Below, one piece after another: positions 12,389 to 25,699 of a stretch of DNA of 64,000 nucleotides; the stretch's first letter is position 1; each line of letters begins with the position of its first letter. The stretch is from Phoronis australis (Eukaryota > Animalia > Phoronida), in contig NMRA01000203.1 of the NCBI GenBank assembly GCA_002633005.1, positions 347,144 through 411,143 on the forward strand, written 5' to 3'. The translations under genes were made by a program, and so were the position numbers. The notes beneath the pieces were generated by a model, which had not been told where the DNA came from, did not search any database, and worked only from the letters and a program-made list of their open reading frames with translations.

Positions 12389-13672
12389 CTGAAACAAGAA
12401 ATATTATATTTATGTCTGGCTACCAGCTGAGTGAGTTTTGACAACCCATAAAGTTCAGTTAGTCTGCTCAATACATTCACTCCAATGCAAACCATTGCAC
12501 ACAACTTAAGATTTGCAAGATGACCACACTGGGCAGGAATTAAAAACATGATTTTATTGAAACAAATTAATCAAAATTGGAATCAAAGAGGGATAACATA
12601 TTGGAATGCAGAAGAAAACACCTGTGCTGATAGGTGTTCTAATATTATGATTTACAAATGCGTGAGTGAATTTATCCACCCAACAAAAGCAGGTGACTCA
12701 TGTGACAGGTACAGGTGTGCAGATTTCATCCAATATCAAGTCCAAAAAGGCTCCATGGATAGGATATCATTCAAAGAACCTAATATTGAGTGTACCTGAC
12801 CCAGTAACCTAATATTGAGTGTACCTGACCCAGTAACAGTGTTAAGTATACTAGGTGGCATAGCTGTATTTATCAGGGCCAGACTCAAATTTTTTTTAAT
12901 TCACTAAATTCAGAGATGAACTTACCTCGCCCAAGAAATAAGCAACTTTTTAATGTTGGCTGAGCATTTAGGATATTATTCAGAACACTAGGCTACAAAT
13001 GATATGTGCTTGATTTTCCAATTCTGTTCTTGATGAAAAAAGACAATTTACTGACAATATTGGTCAATTTCTCAGTATGACCTTTCTGAAACTCACAGAG
13101 GTTGGAAGCAGAAAGTTGCACTATTGCTGGAATCTGAGACACTCTCAAACATCTAAGATTACCAAAGTTCAAACTTCATGACACCTTTTGTTTTAGAATT
13201 ATTTTATAATTTGTAAAAGGTTTTGCAGTCACAGTGTACTTAGTTATAGCAACGTGACTTTGATGGCTTACCAGTGCGACAGTGCGAGGCTCAATTCGCC
13301 TAAAAGCTTTTGACGAATGAAAGGCCTACTGCTAGTTGAGACGGGGCAGTGTCTAATCTAGTCAATATTCAGCTCTTACCCTAATATCCCTAGGCAACAA
13401 AAACAAAACTGATGAATGCCAAAATCGCCCCATGAGTCTGACCCGGGGATCCGATAAAGATAGGTAAACAAGCCTGAAGTGAGTGAAGACCTGCTAAGTT
13501 AACCCAAGGATTAGGCCAGGAACACAGCACTGTCAAAGAGAGGGAAGGTTGGCACTACTGATTGCAATCTTCCCACCATTTGCAGGCAAATCTCGTCGTA
13601 ATGTAGCCTATCAGTTAGGACGATATCACGATGTAACCCCACCCGCAGATCAAGAATAAGTCCCCGAACAAC

Positions 13673-13700
13673 CTTGTTGAACATCCATGGAGGCTGCCAT
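13673..13700 (-). CDS. CCDC97: CCDC97 coding exon 1 (MAASMDVQQ)
   Basis: aaaATGG start context. The 28-nt exon ends at a GT donor (gttgtt) in phase 1, which joins exon 2 in frame. Total CDS is 930 nt. Confidence 0.7.
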
Positions 13701-13894
13701 TTTCAATCATATGGCATTGAAGGCCAATCACCAGTGCGAAAACATCACGAAAGAATTCATTGGCAAATAGGAATTCTCCTTTTATCATCATTCGTTACGA
13801 CCCGATCGAGGTCGCTGCAATAAGTCTTTCAGGTTGTTTAGTGAGTGCTCGAGCCTGCGAAGCGTTGGATTTCAGCGACGATATTGACAGTGTT
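13701..13894. promoter_or_regulatory. Compact bidirectional promoter of CCDC97 and COX20
   Basis: 194 bp between divergent ATGs. CCAAT boxes in both orientations (ggccaatca about 13722, attgg about 13759) and a YY1-like gccatttt motif overlapping the CCDC97 start. Confidence 0.65.
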
Positions 13895-13933
13895 ATGGAC
13901 GAAGACGTGAGAAACTACAAACCTCCTAAGAGG
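13895..13933 (+). CDS. COX20: COX20 coding exon 1 (MDEDVRNYKPPKR)
   Basis: gttATGG start and AGG|gtaaaa donor in phase 0, in frame with the exon at 15264. Confidence 0.72.
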
Positions 13934-15263
13934 GTAAAATCGTTAAGATCGTTAAGAAGCATGTAAACAAATTTCTTGAACCGGTGTTACACGCGTGAGA
14001 GTCGTTCAGTCAAAAGGCAGTTGCTACTAAGCAAGCCAAGCCAGAACATAGTCATGGATATAGAGCCTTGGCTTTACTATTCACACCCAGAAGTTACTCC
14101 TTTCTACGGGACAAGCGTGCCACCTGCCTCCCAGGTCGGCCACATCTTTGACCTGGATTTCCTCTGAAATTGTTGGCAATCATTGTTGGATCGTGACTCC
14201 GGACTGAAGTGTCAGTTGTGAATTGTACAAATGACACACGCTTAGTACTGCATTCCCACAATAACACCATGTGGCGTGTAATTTAAAGCTGAAATCGTAA
14301 ATGTGTTATCTGGTTATCAAAAAGGGTAATCTTCGTCATCGTTTAATGTATATCTGTAGATTGCAGTGCCCGATTAAGAGTTCTCGGAGGCCCTTAAAGT
14401 GACATTAAACTCCTCCTTCACAAAAACAAATTTTTGATTGAGACCTTGTACCAAATGGAATCATTTATGTCGGATGTGCTATCTGGGCAAACTGACACTG
14501 TGACAGCTTGCGGGGCCATTATTTCCTGATAGGCTCTACAAGTTGGGTCTTCGTGGCTTGTCATTTTATACACCATCTTAAAAGGATCTAACAGCATGAC
14601 CCCTGTTGTTATTAGTCTGTCTGGTTTTTCTTCTCCTCTCCAGTGTTTCTGTCTATTTGGTAAAAGAATTGGTGACTGTAATGATTCTGTGGACATATAA
14701 AATCTGCACGAGTTGCCTCTAGTTTTGACAGTTATGGAAAGAAATGTTAAAAATACTTGGCTACCATGAGTTAGGATTCCCAAGTCACAACTGATGCGAC
14801 CATTTCAACTCTCGAATATACAATGGTGTAAAGATCCCCTTTAATAGAGATCAGCATCGATTTGGAGAAATCTTTTGAATTTGTCCAATGTCACGAGGTC
14901 AGCCTGACCAGTTCTATCTACATCAGTCTCACTAGGGTGCTTTTCATCAGTAGAGTGACTCTTCACTTGGTCACACATAGTGAGGTTAATTATTGGTTTT
15001 TATCAGATCATATCTAAATACAAAGGTTGAAAGAACCCAGGCTCTATTTTTCCACTTTCTTGTTGCGACATGAGAACTGGTGGAAACCACAAAGTATGTA
15101 TAGAATAATAGTAAAAACTTTGTTGGTTCTTGGACTAATAAGGATGTCTTTTCAGTTGAGATGTTGTTGAGTTGCAGAAACATTCCTTGTGTTGAACAGT
15201 AGTTTAATTAGATGAATGAAGTGCTTGATGCTTCATGGACAACAATGTTATTGTTACTTGCAG

Positions 15264-15366
15264 ACATATTCACAAATAATAAGTGAAACTCCATGCCTGA
15301 AGAAGTCTTTGTTTAATGGTGTAGCTGGTGGAATAACGACAGGACTACTTTCATTTTTATTTACAA
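15264..15366 (+). CDS. COX20: COX20 coding exon 2
   Basis: Acceptor ttacttgcag, donor gtaagt. Translates TYSQIISETPCLKKSLFNGVAGGITTGLLSFLFT, matching the COX20/FAM36A pattern PC.R.S.L.G..G....G...FLFTS. Confidence 0.88.
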
Positions 15367-15983
15367 GTAAGTATATGTATTGCAAACATTTCTAAGTCTG
15401 GTTAGATGCCACCTGTGGCCATATCATGTGACCTAATTATAAATACAAGTCCAAACCAGGACTCTAAGTAAGTATATGCACAACACAGAGTGTGCCATAG
15501 CCACTTCACTTTTATGCTCCATAAACATTTTACTAGCACCATGGTGAAATAGGGGGAGAGGGAGGAGTAGTTTACCATGAACTTGCTGGGTAAATTGGTG
15601 AAACGTAGCATAAGATTTCTTGCATAATGGTCCTCACAGTGACTTTAAAGAAGGATCTAATGATAAAATTTTCTAAATTTCTGTATGTGTTCTACTCATT
15701 TGTAGTTGGGTCATTACAGATTTTAGTCATATTGTAATATTTAAAGTAAAACTACTCTATACACTCACTCTGTGCAAATGTCTGAGAAAACCTATTTGGG
15801 TGTAATAAGAACCACCATTATGGAGAAAGTGTTTAAAAGTGCTAGCAATTATCTTTCCACTTCATTAGCTTAGATCTACATGAATACAAAGGGCATGCTT
15901 AATAGACTTGATAAAAGTTGTCTGGGGCAAAAGGAATCTTTGCAGTGACCAGTGTAATAGAGGTATTCTCCACATGCACCTCC

Positions 15984-16397
15984 CTATTATGTGTGGTCAT
16001 GAACATTAGGCCTCTTGTAGTGTGTTGTTTCTTTATAACATGACTACATACACTATTATGTGTGGTCATGAACATTAGGCCTCTAGTAGTGTGTTGTTTC
16101 TTTATAACATGACTACATACACTATTATGTGTGGTCATGAACATTAGGCCTCTAGTAGTGTGTTGTTTCTTTATAACATGACTACATACACTATTATGTG
16201 TGGTCATGAACATTAGGCCTCTTGTAGTGTGTTGTTTCTTTATAACATGACTACATACACTATTATGTGTGGTCATGAACATTAGGCCTCAAGTAGTGTG
16301 TTGTTTCTTTATAACATGACTACATACACTATTATGTGTGGTCATGAACATTAGGCCTCTAGTAGTGTGTTGTTTCTTTATAACATGACTTCATACA
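15984..16397. repeat. Minisatellite, 69 bp x 6, in COX20 intron 2
   Basis: Near-perfect unit ctattatgtgtggtcatgaacattaggcctctagtagtgtgttgtttctttataacatgactacataca. Confidence 0.97.
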
Positions 16398-16495
16398 CTC
16401 ACATTTTCAGGCACATGCAGTCAAAAGAAATAGTTCCTAACTACTTCTTAGAATGAACAGATGCCACTGTTATGACCATTGCTTTACCGTACTAA

Positions 16496-18420
16496 TTTTT
16501 ATGTTTCCAAATTTTTATACATATTGCCATCATCTCTGTCTGGGTGTCTGCACATCCGGCGTCCGCAGCTGAATCCTAAATCCCTCGCAAGATCATAATG
16601 AAGTTTGGCAGGTATGTTCCTGTGGATCTGATGACAGAGGACGATGACTTTCTGACCAATCCGACTACCCCTATGCCCCCTAGTGGCAATTTCAGTTTTT
16701 TATGATTGCTAAGTGTGTAATTCTTAGATGGATTTTCATGAAATTTGGCAAATAAGTTTCTGTTATGAAGGCGACAACACCTTTACATTTTCGAAAGTCT
16801 TTGACGATTCTGCGCCACCTAGTGGCCTTTTCTTGAATTTTCAAGTTCTTTTTTTGGCGTTTGCCTTTCTATCTGCCAAACTGCTTGCGGGATCATTATG
16901 GAAATTGGCAGGTGTATTTCTGATGTGGAGAGGAGTGTGCAGTTGACATTGATTTTTGTGCGTGTTTGACTACTCTGGTGGCCCCTAGTGAAGATTTTGT
17001 TTCATTTAAGTCCACGCCTGTATCTCCTTAACCCTTTGCACCAACATGTGTTTTGGTATTAGCGACTCACTATGGAGACAAGATCTCAATTAAGGGAGTT
17101 GATGTCCCTCAGACAAGAAATGGGTCTGCAGGGAGACAACCTTAAACAGTTTGTGGAGAAACAACAAGCTGAAGCCCATGCTGAGGCTGAGGAGAGAAGG
17201 CAAGCTCATGAGGCTCTGAGAGGAGGCTAGCACGAGATGTTGAGGAGAGGTGAGGAGGCAATTGAGCAGGAGATTGAGAGAGAAAGAGTGGAACACGAGA
17301 TGGCGCTAGCAGCACTGAAAGCTAAACAGGTTACAACTGAGGGTAACCCTGTTAGGACAACTGGTGGTGTAAAACTGAAGCTACCCAAAAAGCAGGATGT
17401 TATGGGACAACTTCCTAGAAAGGTTTGAAAGATACACCGAGAGTGAGGGCCGGACTCAGAGTGCCGGAATGGTCAATTTGTCTTAGTCCCCTGTTAACAG
17501 GCAAGGGTTTGTTTAGCCTGCCAATGGCTGATGCACTGTACTATGCTACGCTCAAAAGAGCCTTGCTGAAGCAGAATAAACTGACTGAGGAGGGCTTTTG
17601 CAGACAGTTCCAGGAAGCGAGGGCTGAGAGGGGCAAGACAGTTTACCAGTTTGTGGCCCGCTTGCAGTGCTACTTATACAGGTGGATTGACATGTCCGAC
17701 TGTGGTGAAGACTTTGCCGAGTTGAGAGACCTGTTAGTGCGTGAGCAGTACGTGAACACCTGGTATTAAGGACTTGGCCATGTTCCTGCGAGAGTAGACA
17801 TCCAAGTCTGTTCCAGAGATGGTTGGCTTGGCAGAGAGATATATATTAAAGTCCTGCATTTTTCCGTCTACAACTGTGTTTCCTTAGCCTTCTTTGAGTC
17901 TTTTTGAAATTTGGCGGATGTGTTCCTTCGGAGCTGTCAACATTCGACTACCACTGTGGCAGTTTTAGTTGTGTACATAATTTTGCCTCTATTTTTGGAG
18001 TTCATTTATGGATTTTCGCAAAATTTGGCTAATAGGTTTCTGTTAAGTGATGGTAGTCTTCCATCTTTGTATGGACTTGATGTATTTTTGCATCACCTAG
18101 TGGCTAATTTTATTTTTTCAAGTGTGTTTTTGTTCCTGATTTGACAACGGTTTTTGTCTTTTTTGTTTCTTCGACTATGCTTTATTATTCTTATGTAGGA
18201 TGTATGTTAAATTTTGGAAGAATTAGTTTTAAATGAAACTACGTCTACTTATGTCAGACTTTTGGATGATTCTGACTACATTTGTACCTCTTATTGGCAA
18301 TTATAGTTTGTACGTTTGGATCTGTATCTTCAGACCTTTTCGCCAGTTTTTAGTGAATTGTGGTAAATCAGTTTCTGTATTCTATCTGTTTTAGGATGGA
18401 TTCCAGGCATTCCGCATGAC
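16496..18420 (+). mobile_element. Diverged Helentron/DINE-like repeat interrupted by a Gypsy gag fragment
   Basis: 16496-17040 and 17850-18420 share the family motifs (aaatttggca, ccgactac, cacctagtggc, gccccctagtggc). Confidence 0.5.
17072..17850 (+). mobile_element. Gypsy (Gmr1-like) gag relic with SCAN-like capsid region
   Basis: Translates METRSQLRELMSLRQEMGLQGDNLKQFVEKQQ... then WSICLSPLLTGK...LKRALLK...LTEEGFCRQF...FVARL..YL.RW...LRDLLVREQ, with stops and frameshifts. Confidence 0.8.
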
Positions 18421-18424
18421 CTAG

Positions 18425-18617
18425 TTTCAATTTTATGATTCTGATAAACACCTCTATAATCACACTGTTTGTGTTGCTGTCGTGGCTGCATTTCAATTTT
18501 ATGATTCTGATAAACACCTATATAATCACACTGTTTGTGCTGCTGTCGTGGCTGCATTTCAATTTTATGATTCTGATAAACACCTCTATAATCACACTGT
18601 TTGTGTTGCATTTCAAT
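18425..18617. repeat. Minisatellite, 66 bp x about 3
   Basis: Unit tttcaattttatgattctgataaacacctctataatcacactgtttgtgttgctgtcgtggctgca. Confidence 0.92.
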
Positions 18618-18901
18618 GCTCTGTGTTGCCCTTGTATTATTTCATGTTAGTTTAGTGTCCATGCTATGCTATAACTGTTCTTACTGTCCTTGCTATTGTA
18701 GGGGGGCTTTGAATTAAGTAACTTATAAGTCAGTGGGTTTGCATGAAACCAAAGATACACGAATTTGAGGGTTTAAAAAGATTTTAAAATTAGGGATCAG
18801 CATTTAGTTGTGTGTAAGTGTTATTAAAAACAGATGATGATGTCACTGTTACAATTGTGATCAGTGTGGTGTGCATTCATTTTATAGTTTTCTCACTTCA
18901 G

Positions 18902-18965
18902 GTAATGTAAGGCAAGCCACACATCTTGGAATGGGAGGCTTCTTTATTACAGCATGCGGAATGTG
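18902..18965 (+). CDS. COX20: COX20 coding exon 3
   Basis: Acceptor ctcacttcag, donor gtgagt, 64 nt, phases 1 to 2. Translates SNVRQATHLGMGGFFITACGM(W), the second TM helix of COX20. Confidence 0.85.
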
Positions 18966-19219
18966 GTGAGTTAAAGATAGATGAAGGTTTCAGTTGTTTC
19001 ACAATAGATCATCTTTCGTGAAATAGCAATATCTGAAAACATTTAAATATAGCATGTTTTCTGAATATATTTAGTGGAAATTTCAATTTTTCATAAAGGA
19101 TTAACGAACTCATTTAATAAATGCTTTATTGATAAAAGCTTATATATACGTAGTAATTATCATAAAAATGTTTTGAGATATAATGAGTAAGGTTGGTAAT
19201 CTATGATATTAACAATTAA

Positions 19220-19540
19220 AACTGGTCTGCTGGGTTATCTTCTTGATTTCTTAGATCTTCAGAAACTCCTCGTCTACTTCAATGGGATGTTGACTGGTGA
19301 TGAGCTGTGCAAACTGCCTCGTCTATACTCTCATTCCAGGACGAGGACAATTTGAATCTGGCGCCACCTAGTTTGTACAGAGAAGGCTGTGATGTAACAA
19401 GAGTATAGAGGCAGTTTCACCATCCCACATGACCAAAGTTACCGCAAGTCATCACAGTCAACATCCCATCAAAGGAGACTAGAGGTATCAGACGATCTAT
19501 GAAATCAAAAAGGCAATCCAGGAGACCAACTGTGGATATC
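19220..19540. mobile_element. Inverted pair of Penelope 3'-end remnants
   Basis: The two halves are diverged reverse complements of each other and resemble 34495-34650 and 35465-35630. Confidence 0.6.
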
Positions 19541-19699
19541 ATTAACATTCCTGGCTGGCTCAAGGTCTACATTTTATTGTTACTAGCCTTTAAAACATGA
19601 AAACAAAATTTTGCTGATCATTTTTGTTTGCACTTGATATTTGATTGTAACAGCTCTTTTCTTTCAGTATGGTGCAATGGTGTGTCTCGCATATCTTTT

Positions 19700-20420
19700 A
19701 AGGTTTCAAATGTTTATTGATATTGGTATTCCAAAGTACATTACAAGAAAATGTGAAATAATATACGTAAATAAAACAACAAAAATGGATCACTAAAATT
19801 TTCTGATATCATAACATCCATCGTCAACAAAAACAGAAATAAAGTAAATTCAAACACTATATGACAATTGACATCTGATATGTGACCTAATGAGCATGAT
19901 ACAGTGTTGCAGAAAAAGTAAAGAGAATATATGTTAATTTAAAGAAGTCTTTATGTTTTGTCCATTAGGTTCAAGTGTGTTAAGCGTATCTATTCAGAAT
20001 CAAAAGAGAACAATTTTGCGAACCATGAAACCTTTAGGGACTTCATAAAAGTTGAATTTAAGTATTTCTTGCAATTTCATCACCTTTTCCGCCTCAAATA
20101 AGATCGTAGAACATTTTTCAAGTCTTTTGATTATTTCTTGAGGTGGTGAAGGCAAAGTTATAAACAAATGAACTAGTTTAGAAAGCATCAATGATTTAAT
20201 ACCTTATAGATTGTACCAAGTGGTGTTAAGATACTTTCAGACCATGAAACATGCGTACTACGAATTTTGTTAAACTTTTCGTCATAGTTTAATTCAACCA
20301 TTTCGTGTAATAGTACACTAAATTTTATCCCGTGTAGTAAAATGTTTTTCCCCAAGTCAAACTCTATTTAGGACACAACCACAGATCGTTAAGTTTCATA
20401 GTCCCTATCCATACACACTA
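19700..20420 (-). mobile_element. L1/Tx1-clade LINE relic (3' part)
   Basis: Translates IKSLMLSKLVHLFITLPSPPQEIIKRLEK, a post-RT Tx1-type motif. The 3' non-coding part recurs at about 59120-59345. Confidence 0.6.
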
Positions 20421-20449
20421 CATATATTCTGATTGTGTCAGGCTCAGGA

Positions 20450-22287
20450 ATGTTCAGTCTCGTGATCTAAGGACATCTCATACATCTCATTAGTCAGTAG
20501 TTTTGAATGTAGTTTTGTCAAATATATGGTCTCATAAAAACTTGACAAGCGTTTCTAACAAAGAATATTTAATTTAATATTTATTTTGGAAATTTGTAAA
20601 TTATTTATCTATACTCTGGTGTCTAACCAGACCCTAGGCTTAATTGTTGCCAACCTAATGGTGAATCTGCCTCTGGTGATGACATGGATTCAAGTTGAAC
20701 ACTCCAGTGTTGGCATTAAATTCAATTTAGTTATACCGTTTGCAAAGCGCCAAAGTGGGCAAATATCAAATGTAAAAAATGTACTTTTTATTTTAGGACC
20801 TTTTGCCGTTACCATTTCTCAAAACAAAGATGGGATAAAAAGTTAACGCAGGCTGCAATACAAGAGAAAATTCTGACTGAAGGAACTGCGTTAGAAAAAG
20901 CCATTCAGCATGACAGCAAAGATGTGTGACAGATGTGTCTTGCATAGGAACATTTATTTAAATTATTTTCATAAACTTAAGTCATTCATAATGCGATTCA
21001 TGCTTAATAGTTCTATTAAAGACTCTGCCATAACTGTTTTCACTCATTCAGTCAGACTTCAATGGGAATATGTGATCTAATAATTTTAAATTACAGTTAA
21101 ATGCCACCAGTTAAAATTGAAATACATTTTAAATTTAAAAATTGTTATGGTCTCATTTTCTCCATGAACATAAGTAGCGCTATTGTTTCAAATTTTTTAC
21201 CATTTTCAAATTCCATACTATACCTACATAAATTTAAAAAATTGTGGACAGTTGGGCGCACTGCAACACTGTCCATGTTAGTAGTAAATTGACTAATTTA
21301 AAAGGCCAAGTGCATGGACTTGAATTGCTATATGGTGGAAATAGCTTAGATTATACAAATGGGTGTGTTTGACTTGTGCGAGTTTTAGCCTACTGTATAT
21401 GAAATTGTGCATTTTGAATTTTGATTTCCCATGCCGTACACCTTTGTTGCTGCAACAAAATACACACAACTAATAGTAAGAAAATTGGCATTATGTCGAG
21501 TGCTTTCTGTGTGAATGAATATTTAACTAATACATTCTTTACGACTGACAGTGTTTTAGCTATTCTTGAACCATTGTCCAGGTACTCCAGGTTCACTCCC
21601 AATCGTAAATGTACGCCATTGTTTCAAAAAATTTCAAATCGTCTTCAAGGGTTTGGTAGGCACTCTGGCAACACTCCTTATATGGGCATTTTAATTCTCT
21701 GTTGGATTGTTCTTGGCAAAGACAACACAATTGAGCAGTTGGTGACCTCTCTTTTAAGGATTTCGAAGGTCTTCACTCATGTTGAGATAATGTTTTCAAC
21801 ACAATGGATGTTGTCAGAGACAGAGATGAAATTATAAATTAAAAAAAAGTAAAATCAATCACATAATTATTTTTCCACACATTATATACAGCCTGATTCC
21901 AACCAACAAAAATAAGATAACCAAAAGATGTAAGAGTGGAGGCAAGATTTTGACATTTTCTGCCGGACAGGCAATGCACGGGACCATGCGTTTGACAAAA
22001 ATTTAAATGACCTCAAAACATAAAACTAACATCAGAAATGTTCTCCTCACCCCCAAAAATATTGAAAGCATGCTCTAGTAATAACAGCCGAGATATAACA
22101 ATTTCCATTTTCGGTAGTGGCCATATTGGATTTTGTGCAAAGCGGCCATCAGGGGGTTAGCACAGTTTGTTTGCCGCTTTGCGGTGTTTTTTGAATTTCC
22201 TTTGCTCATACCTAATATTGTACCAATGCAGAATCTTGTCAGAAATTGCCCAATTTTTACAAATCTGCATATATGACCTCCCCGCTA
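20450..22287 (-). mobile_element. DNA transposon relic, probably Academ (5' end)
   Basis: Minus strand begins TAGCGGGGAGG at 22287. Degenerate N-terminal peptide QLCCLCQEQSNRELKCP...YQTL...NLEYLDNGSRIAKTL. The superfamily call is from memory of such elements. Confidence 0.5.
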
Positions 22288-22939
22288 TACCCTGCACATT
22301 CTAAGATGGAAATGGAGAAAAAAGTGGCTATAAAGCTTCAGTTTGTCACCACAATACCGTATCCTTTCTTTTAAATCTTAATGGAATAAAACTTATAAAA
22401 GAGATCAACTTACGCCGTTACGGTTGCCTGAGCCTGTCTAGGTACTCCGTATTCTCATAAGTGGAAAAAATAAAGCAAAGCTAATTAAATATTCTCACGT
22501 ATATAGCCATGTTGACGAAGCGACTCACTACCCACTGTACTCACTAGGACCAACTTGGTTGTAGGNNNNNNNNNNNNNNNNNNNNNNNNNNNNNNNNNNN
22601 NCCCCCCCATGAAACCGGTGAGCGTGCAAACCATTCATATAATAGGCAATTGCCCGCTATTAGCGAGTGGCTAACGATTCACTGGAAGCACATCTACATC
22701 ACCCCCCCCCTTTCCGACAGAACAGGCACGCCACCCGGAAGGTGTCCACCAGGTTGCCTGTCTCGCATACAGGTCATCAACTTCCCTTGGTATAACTTTA
22801 CCACCACAACACAGGTGAGCCCCCCAGCCCCCTATGGTGCGCCACCCAAGTGTAGGCGTATAGTGTGTTTCGCAAGTCCATATTGTCTGGCTGAAAGTGC
22901 GCCAATTTTTGTCAATGAGTAACGACAGGATGCATAAAA

Positions 22940-23500
22940 TACACGTATGAGCAACCCCTGGGGATCAAAAGTGTCTGGCGAGAGCAGTTTTTAATTCAGA
23001 TATTTTGCGCAGTGTACTTTTAGTCTCGCGACAGAACAGCTAGGCCAGTTTGTCCAGCTGGTACTTCTGGTCCCTCGGCGAACTGGTCTTGTAATATTTT
23101 TTTACCAAAGTGTGCTTTGTAAAGCTATCTACTGAGCAGTCAGTACTTTTTGGCCTCGCGACAGCCGATCGATTTTTTGTTGAGATATTCAGCATATAGT
23201 GTACTAGTTTTTTGTCAGGATCGACGGTCCAGGCCAGCTTATTTGTACAGATAGTGACTCTTGTGATATATTTTACCACAGTGTACTTTGTAAAACTACT
23301 TACGTCAAACAGTACTTTTTGGTCCCGCGACTGATCGACTACTTTGTTGGGATGACAAGTATAGGTGCACTTTTGATCTCGTGACGGACCACTTGTGTAG
23401 GTGTTGACTCTCAATGTACACCTGGTCCCTCGGTGAACTGGTCTTGAATATCTTTATCACCGCTGTGTACAGTATGTTTTGGTTCCTTGAAAATGTTTTC
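22940..23500. repeat. Degenerate tandem array (gtactttt-ggtc-cgcgac motifs), likely internal repeats of a transposon
   Basis: Recurring gtacttt(t/c)(a/t)g(g)tc(t/c)cgcgac motifs at roughly 50-120 bp spacing. A hAT-MITE-like end (gatccgccactg) lies at about 23790. Confidence 0.5.
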
Positions 23501-24249
23501 ACGTGATTTGTTTCCTGACACATTTGACGTTTTTCAATTGTTGCGACACTCAGGAGCCCAGCAGTCAACGTATTTCAGCTTAACAACTTGAACTGATACT
23601 TAGGTGTATTGTTGCTTTTAATAATAAATTATGCGCTGAGATCACCATCGTTCGTCATATTTCTCGTAACGAGCCGGAACATCTGTTTATTTACGACCTC
23701 CCTCCGCTCGGCGCCACGTGCTTCGGATTCTCGATTTGCGGGAATCCTGACCGACCCCCCCCCCCTTACTGAAAATGTAGATCCGCCACTGGACAGCATC
23801 TGTTCCAGATGAAGACTTTTTACAGGCCTACATGAAGGCTGATGACAGAAATTTTCTACATTCAGTTATTTCATAGACGAGAATGGGCACAATAAACAGA
23901 TCGATTTGGACGATCAGTATGGTCAGTGGTGCATTCGGAGAGAGCGCAAAAATCAGTCAGTGAGACATAAATAGCATAACATAGTCTGATAACGCTATGA
24001 GAAAAGCCTCAAAGACATTTCTCAGCAATGTTTTTGAATGAGCTTGATGGTATATTTCTAATAGTTTACCCTTTGAGGGCCCTGACCAGGATATCGTTCT
24101 TAGGCCGGGTCACCTCCTAGGTTTTGCAGCTTAGGTTGTCTAAACGCACCTGAAAAAGTGCACTTAATCATTCAAACATGTATTTTGAAAAATCGAGAAA
24201 ATTTTAAATTCAATAAGACAATTTTGCGATTGCAAAACTATATTTTTCC

Positions 24250-24560
24250 AGAGGCCACTCTTTGGCAAGGGATAACAGAGACGAAATTGCATATCACTAT
24301 TTGAGAAAAGTTGACGACCTGACAGACAATATCATATGCTGCGCATTTCCTGATCTTCGAAAATACAGATCTTTTCATATGCAGGGCCCAGTCCTTGAAG
24401 GGGGCCATGGACGACATTCAAGTGGCCACCCTTTTTGTGTTTTTTACGGTGCCGCTCACGGAGAGAGAGACGAATGTTGAAGTCGATTTCCTCTATTTTC
24501 CTGTGTTTTTTGTGAAATCGTACAACCGGCTTTCATGTTGAGGAAGGTCACTTCTTGCAA
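24250..24560 (-). mobile_element. Possible Crypton (DUF3504-type) N-terminal relic
   Basis: Frameshifted peptide RF....IEEID....KNTKRVAT*....FKDW. Confidence 0.35.
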
Positions 24561-24919
24561 GGTCACACGACGATGGAATGAACTGTTACTCTTTTCCAAG
24601 CTTAACGATGTTTAGTCTTTCATCTTAAGGTGTCACATTTCAGAGGGGACCCTCTCTCGGTGAAGCTGTTCGGGGGAATTCTCCCTTCGTCACTCTATAC
24701 ATGTAAATACGACACTTCCAAGTATTCAATAGGGGCAGCTGAGATTCCAAATTCATCAAAAACACAAAACATTTGTGCACAGCTCAGCAGCATCGAGACA
24801 AGGACTCAAACAACAAGAAATGTAAAAAACACAATAGGATTGACCGCCATTGAAAAGGTAGAATTTTGAAGAACGTGAAGACCATTATTTGTGAATTACA
24901 CAAAAAGACTATTTCCGAT

Positions 24920-25620
24920 GGCTAGTTATTAGAAGCTAATCTTGTAAGAATTGGTGATGCTTCAATGAATTATATTTGCAGCCTGAAGTTGGAAAAACTC
25001 TATAATCTGATCCCCAAATATATTTAGACGATTTTGCCTATCTAAAATAACTTTCAAAGACATTGGTGAAATTTGGACAGTTCCCAAAATGTACAATTCA
25101 AATAACAATGAATTCATTGCTTTTTGACTTAGGTACGAGATTTGTTGTTTAAACTCATGAACAGAAGACTCAAAAGGAATTAAGTCATTAAATCAAGGTA
25201 AACGCATTGCTCCTGAAATTGATTGTTGCTTTCTGATTTACATGTTTATGCATCTACGAAAATTAACTGGTTGATAGATATTTTTGACAACTAAAAGCTA
25301 ATCTTGTAAGAAATTACGATGCTTCACTGAACTTAGTTGCAGGCTGACATTGGGAAATTCGATCTATCATCAGATGCCTAAATAGCAAAGGATATTTAAC
25401 GATTTTTGTCTATTTGAAATCAAGTCTCGAGAATAATGATGAATGTCGTACAGCTCTACAAAGTGTACGAAAATGTTCTAACAAATCAAATGACAAGCAA
25501 TTGTTTATTGACTTAGGAACTAGATTAGTGGTTTAAATTCACAAACCGTAAATCGTAAAAGAAGTTTAAGTATTTCAATAAATAAAATTAAACTCATTGC
25601 TCATAAACTTCGAACGGTTG
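24920..25620. repeat. Diverged tandem duplication, about 365 bp x 2
   Basis: aagctaatcttgtaagaa...gatgcttca at about 24933 and about 25295, with colinear downstream similarity (gacttagg, cattgctc). Confidence 0.7.
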
Positions 25621-25699
25621 TCTTTGCACTTCCTCGATGTTTTTAGTTTCCAGTAGTATTGCGCAGTGAATTTTTGTTCTTCAAAATTGAAACGTTTGC

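Noticed and set aside
14418-14783. 121-aa minus-strand ORF in COX20 intron 1
   Set aside because: No ATG at the annotated start, no recognisable motif and no convincing splice sites.
15899-16397. Repetitive ORFs (MFMTTHNSVCS..., also 18330-18650, 28608-28976, 41909-42193) as repeat proteins or CRISPR-like arrays
   Set aside because: These are head-to-tail minisatellites without unique spacers. Unit lengths divisible by 3 create open frames by chance, and the context is eukaryotic and mostly intronic.
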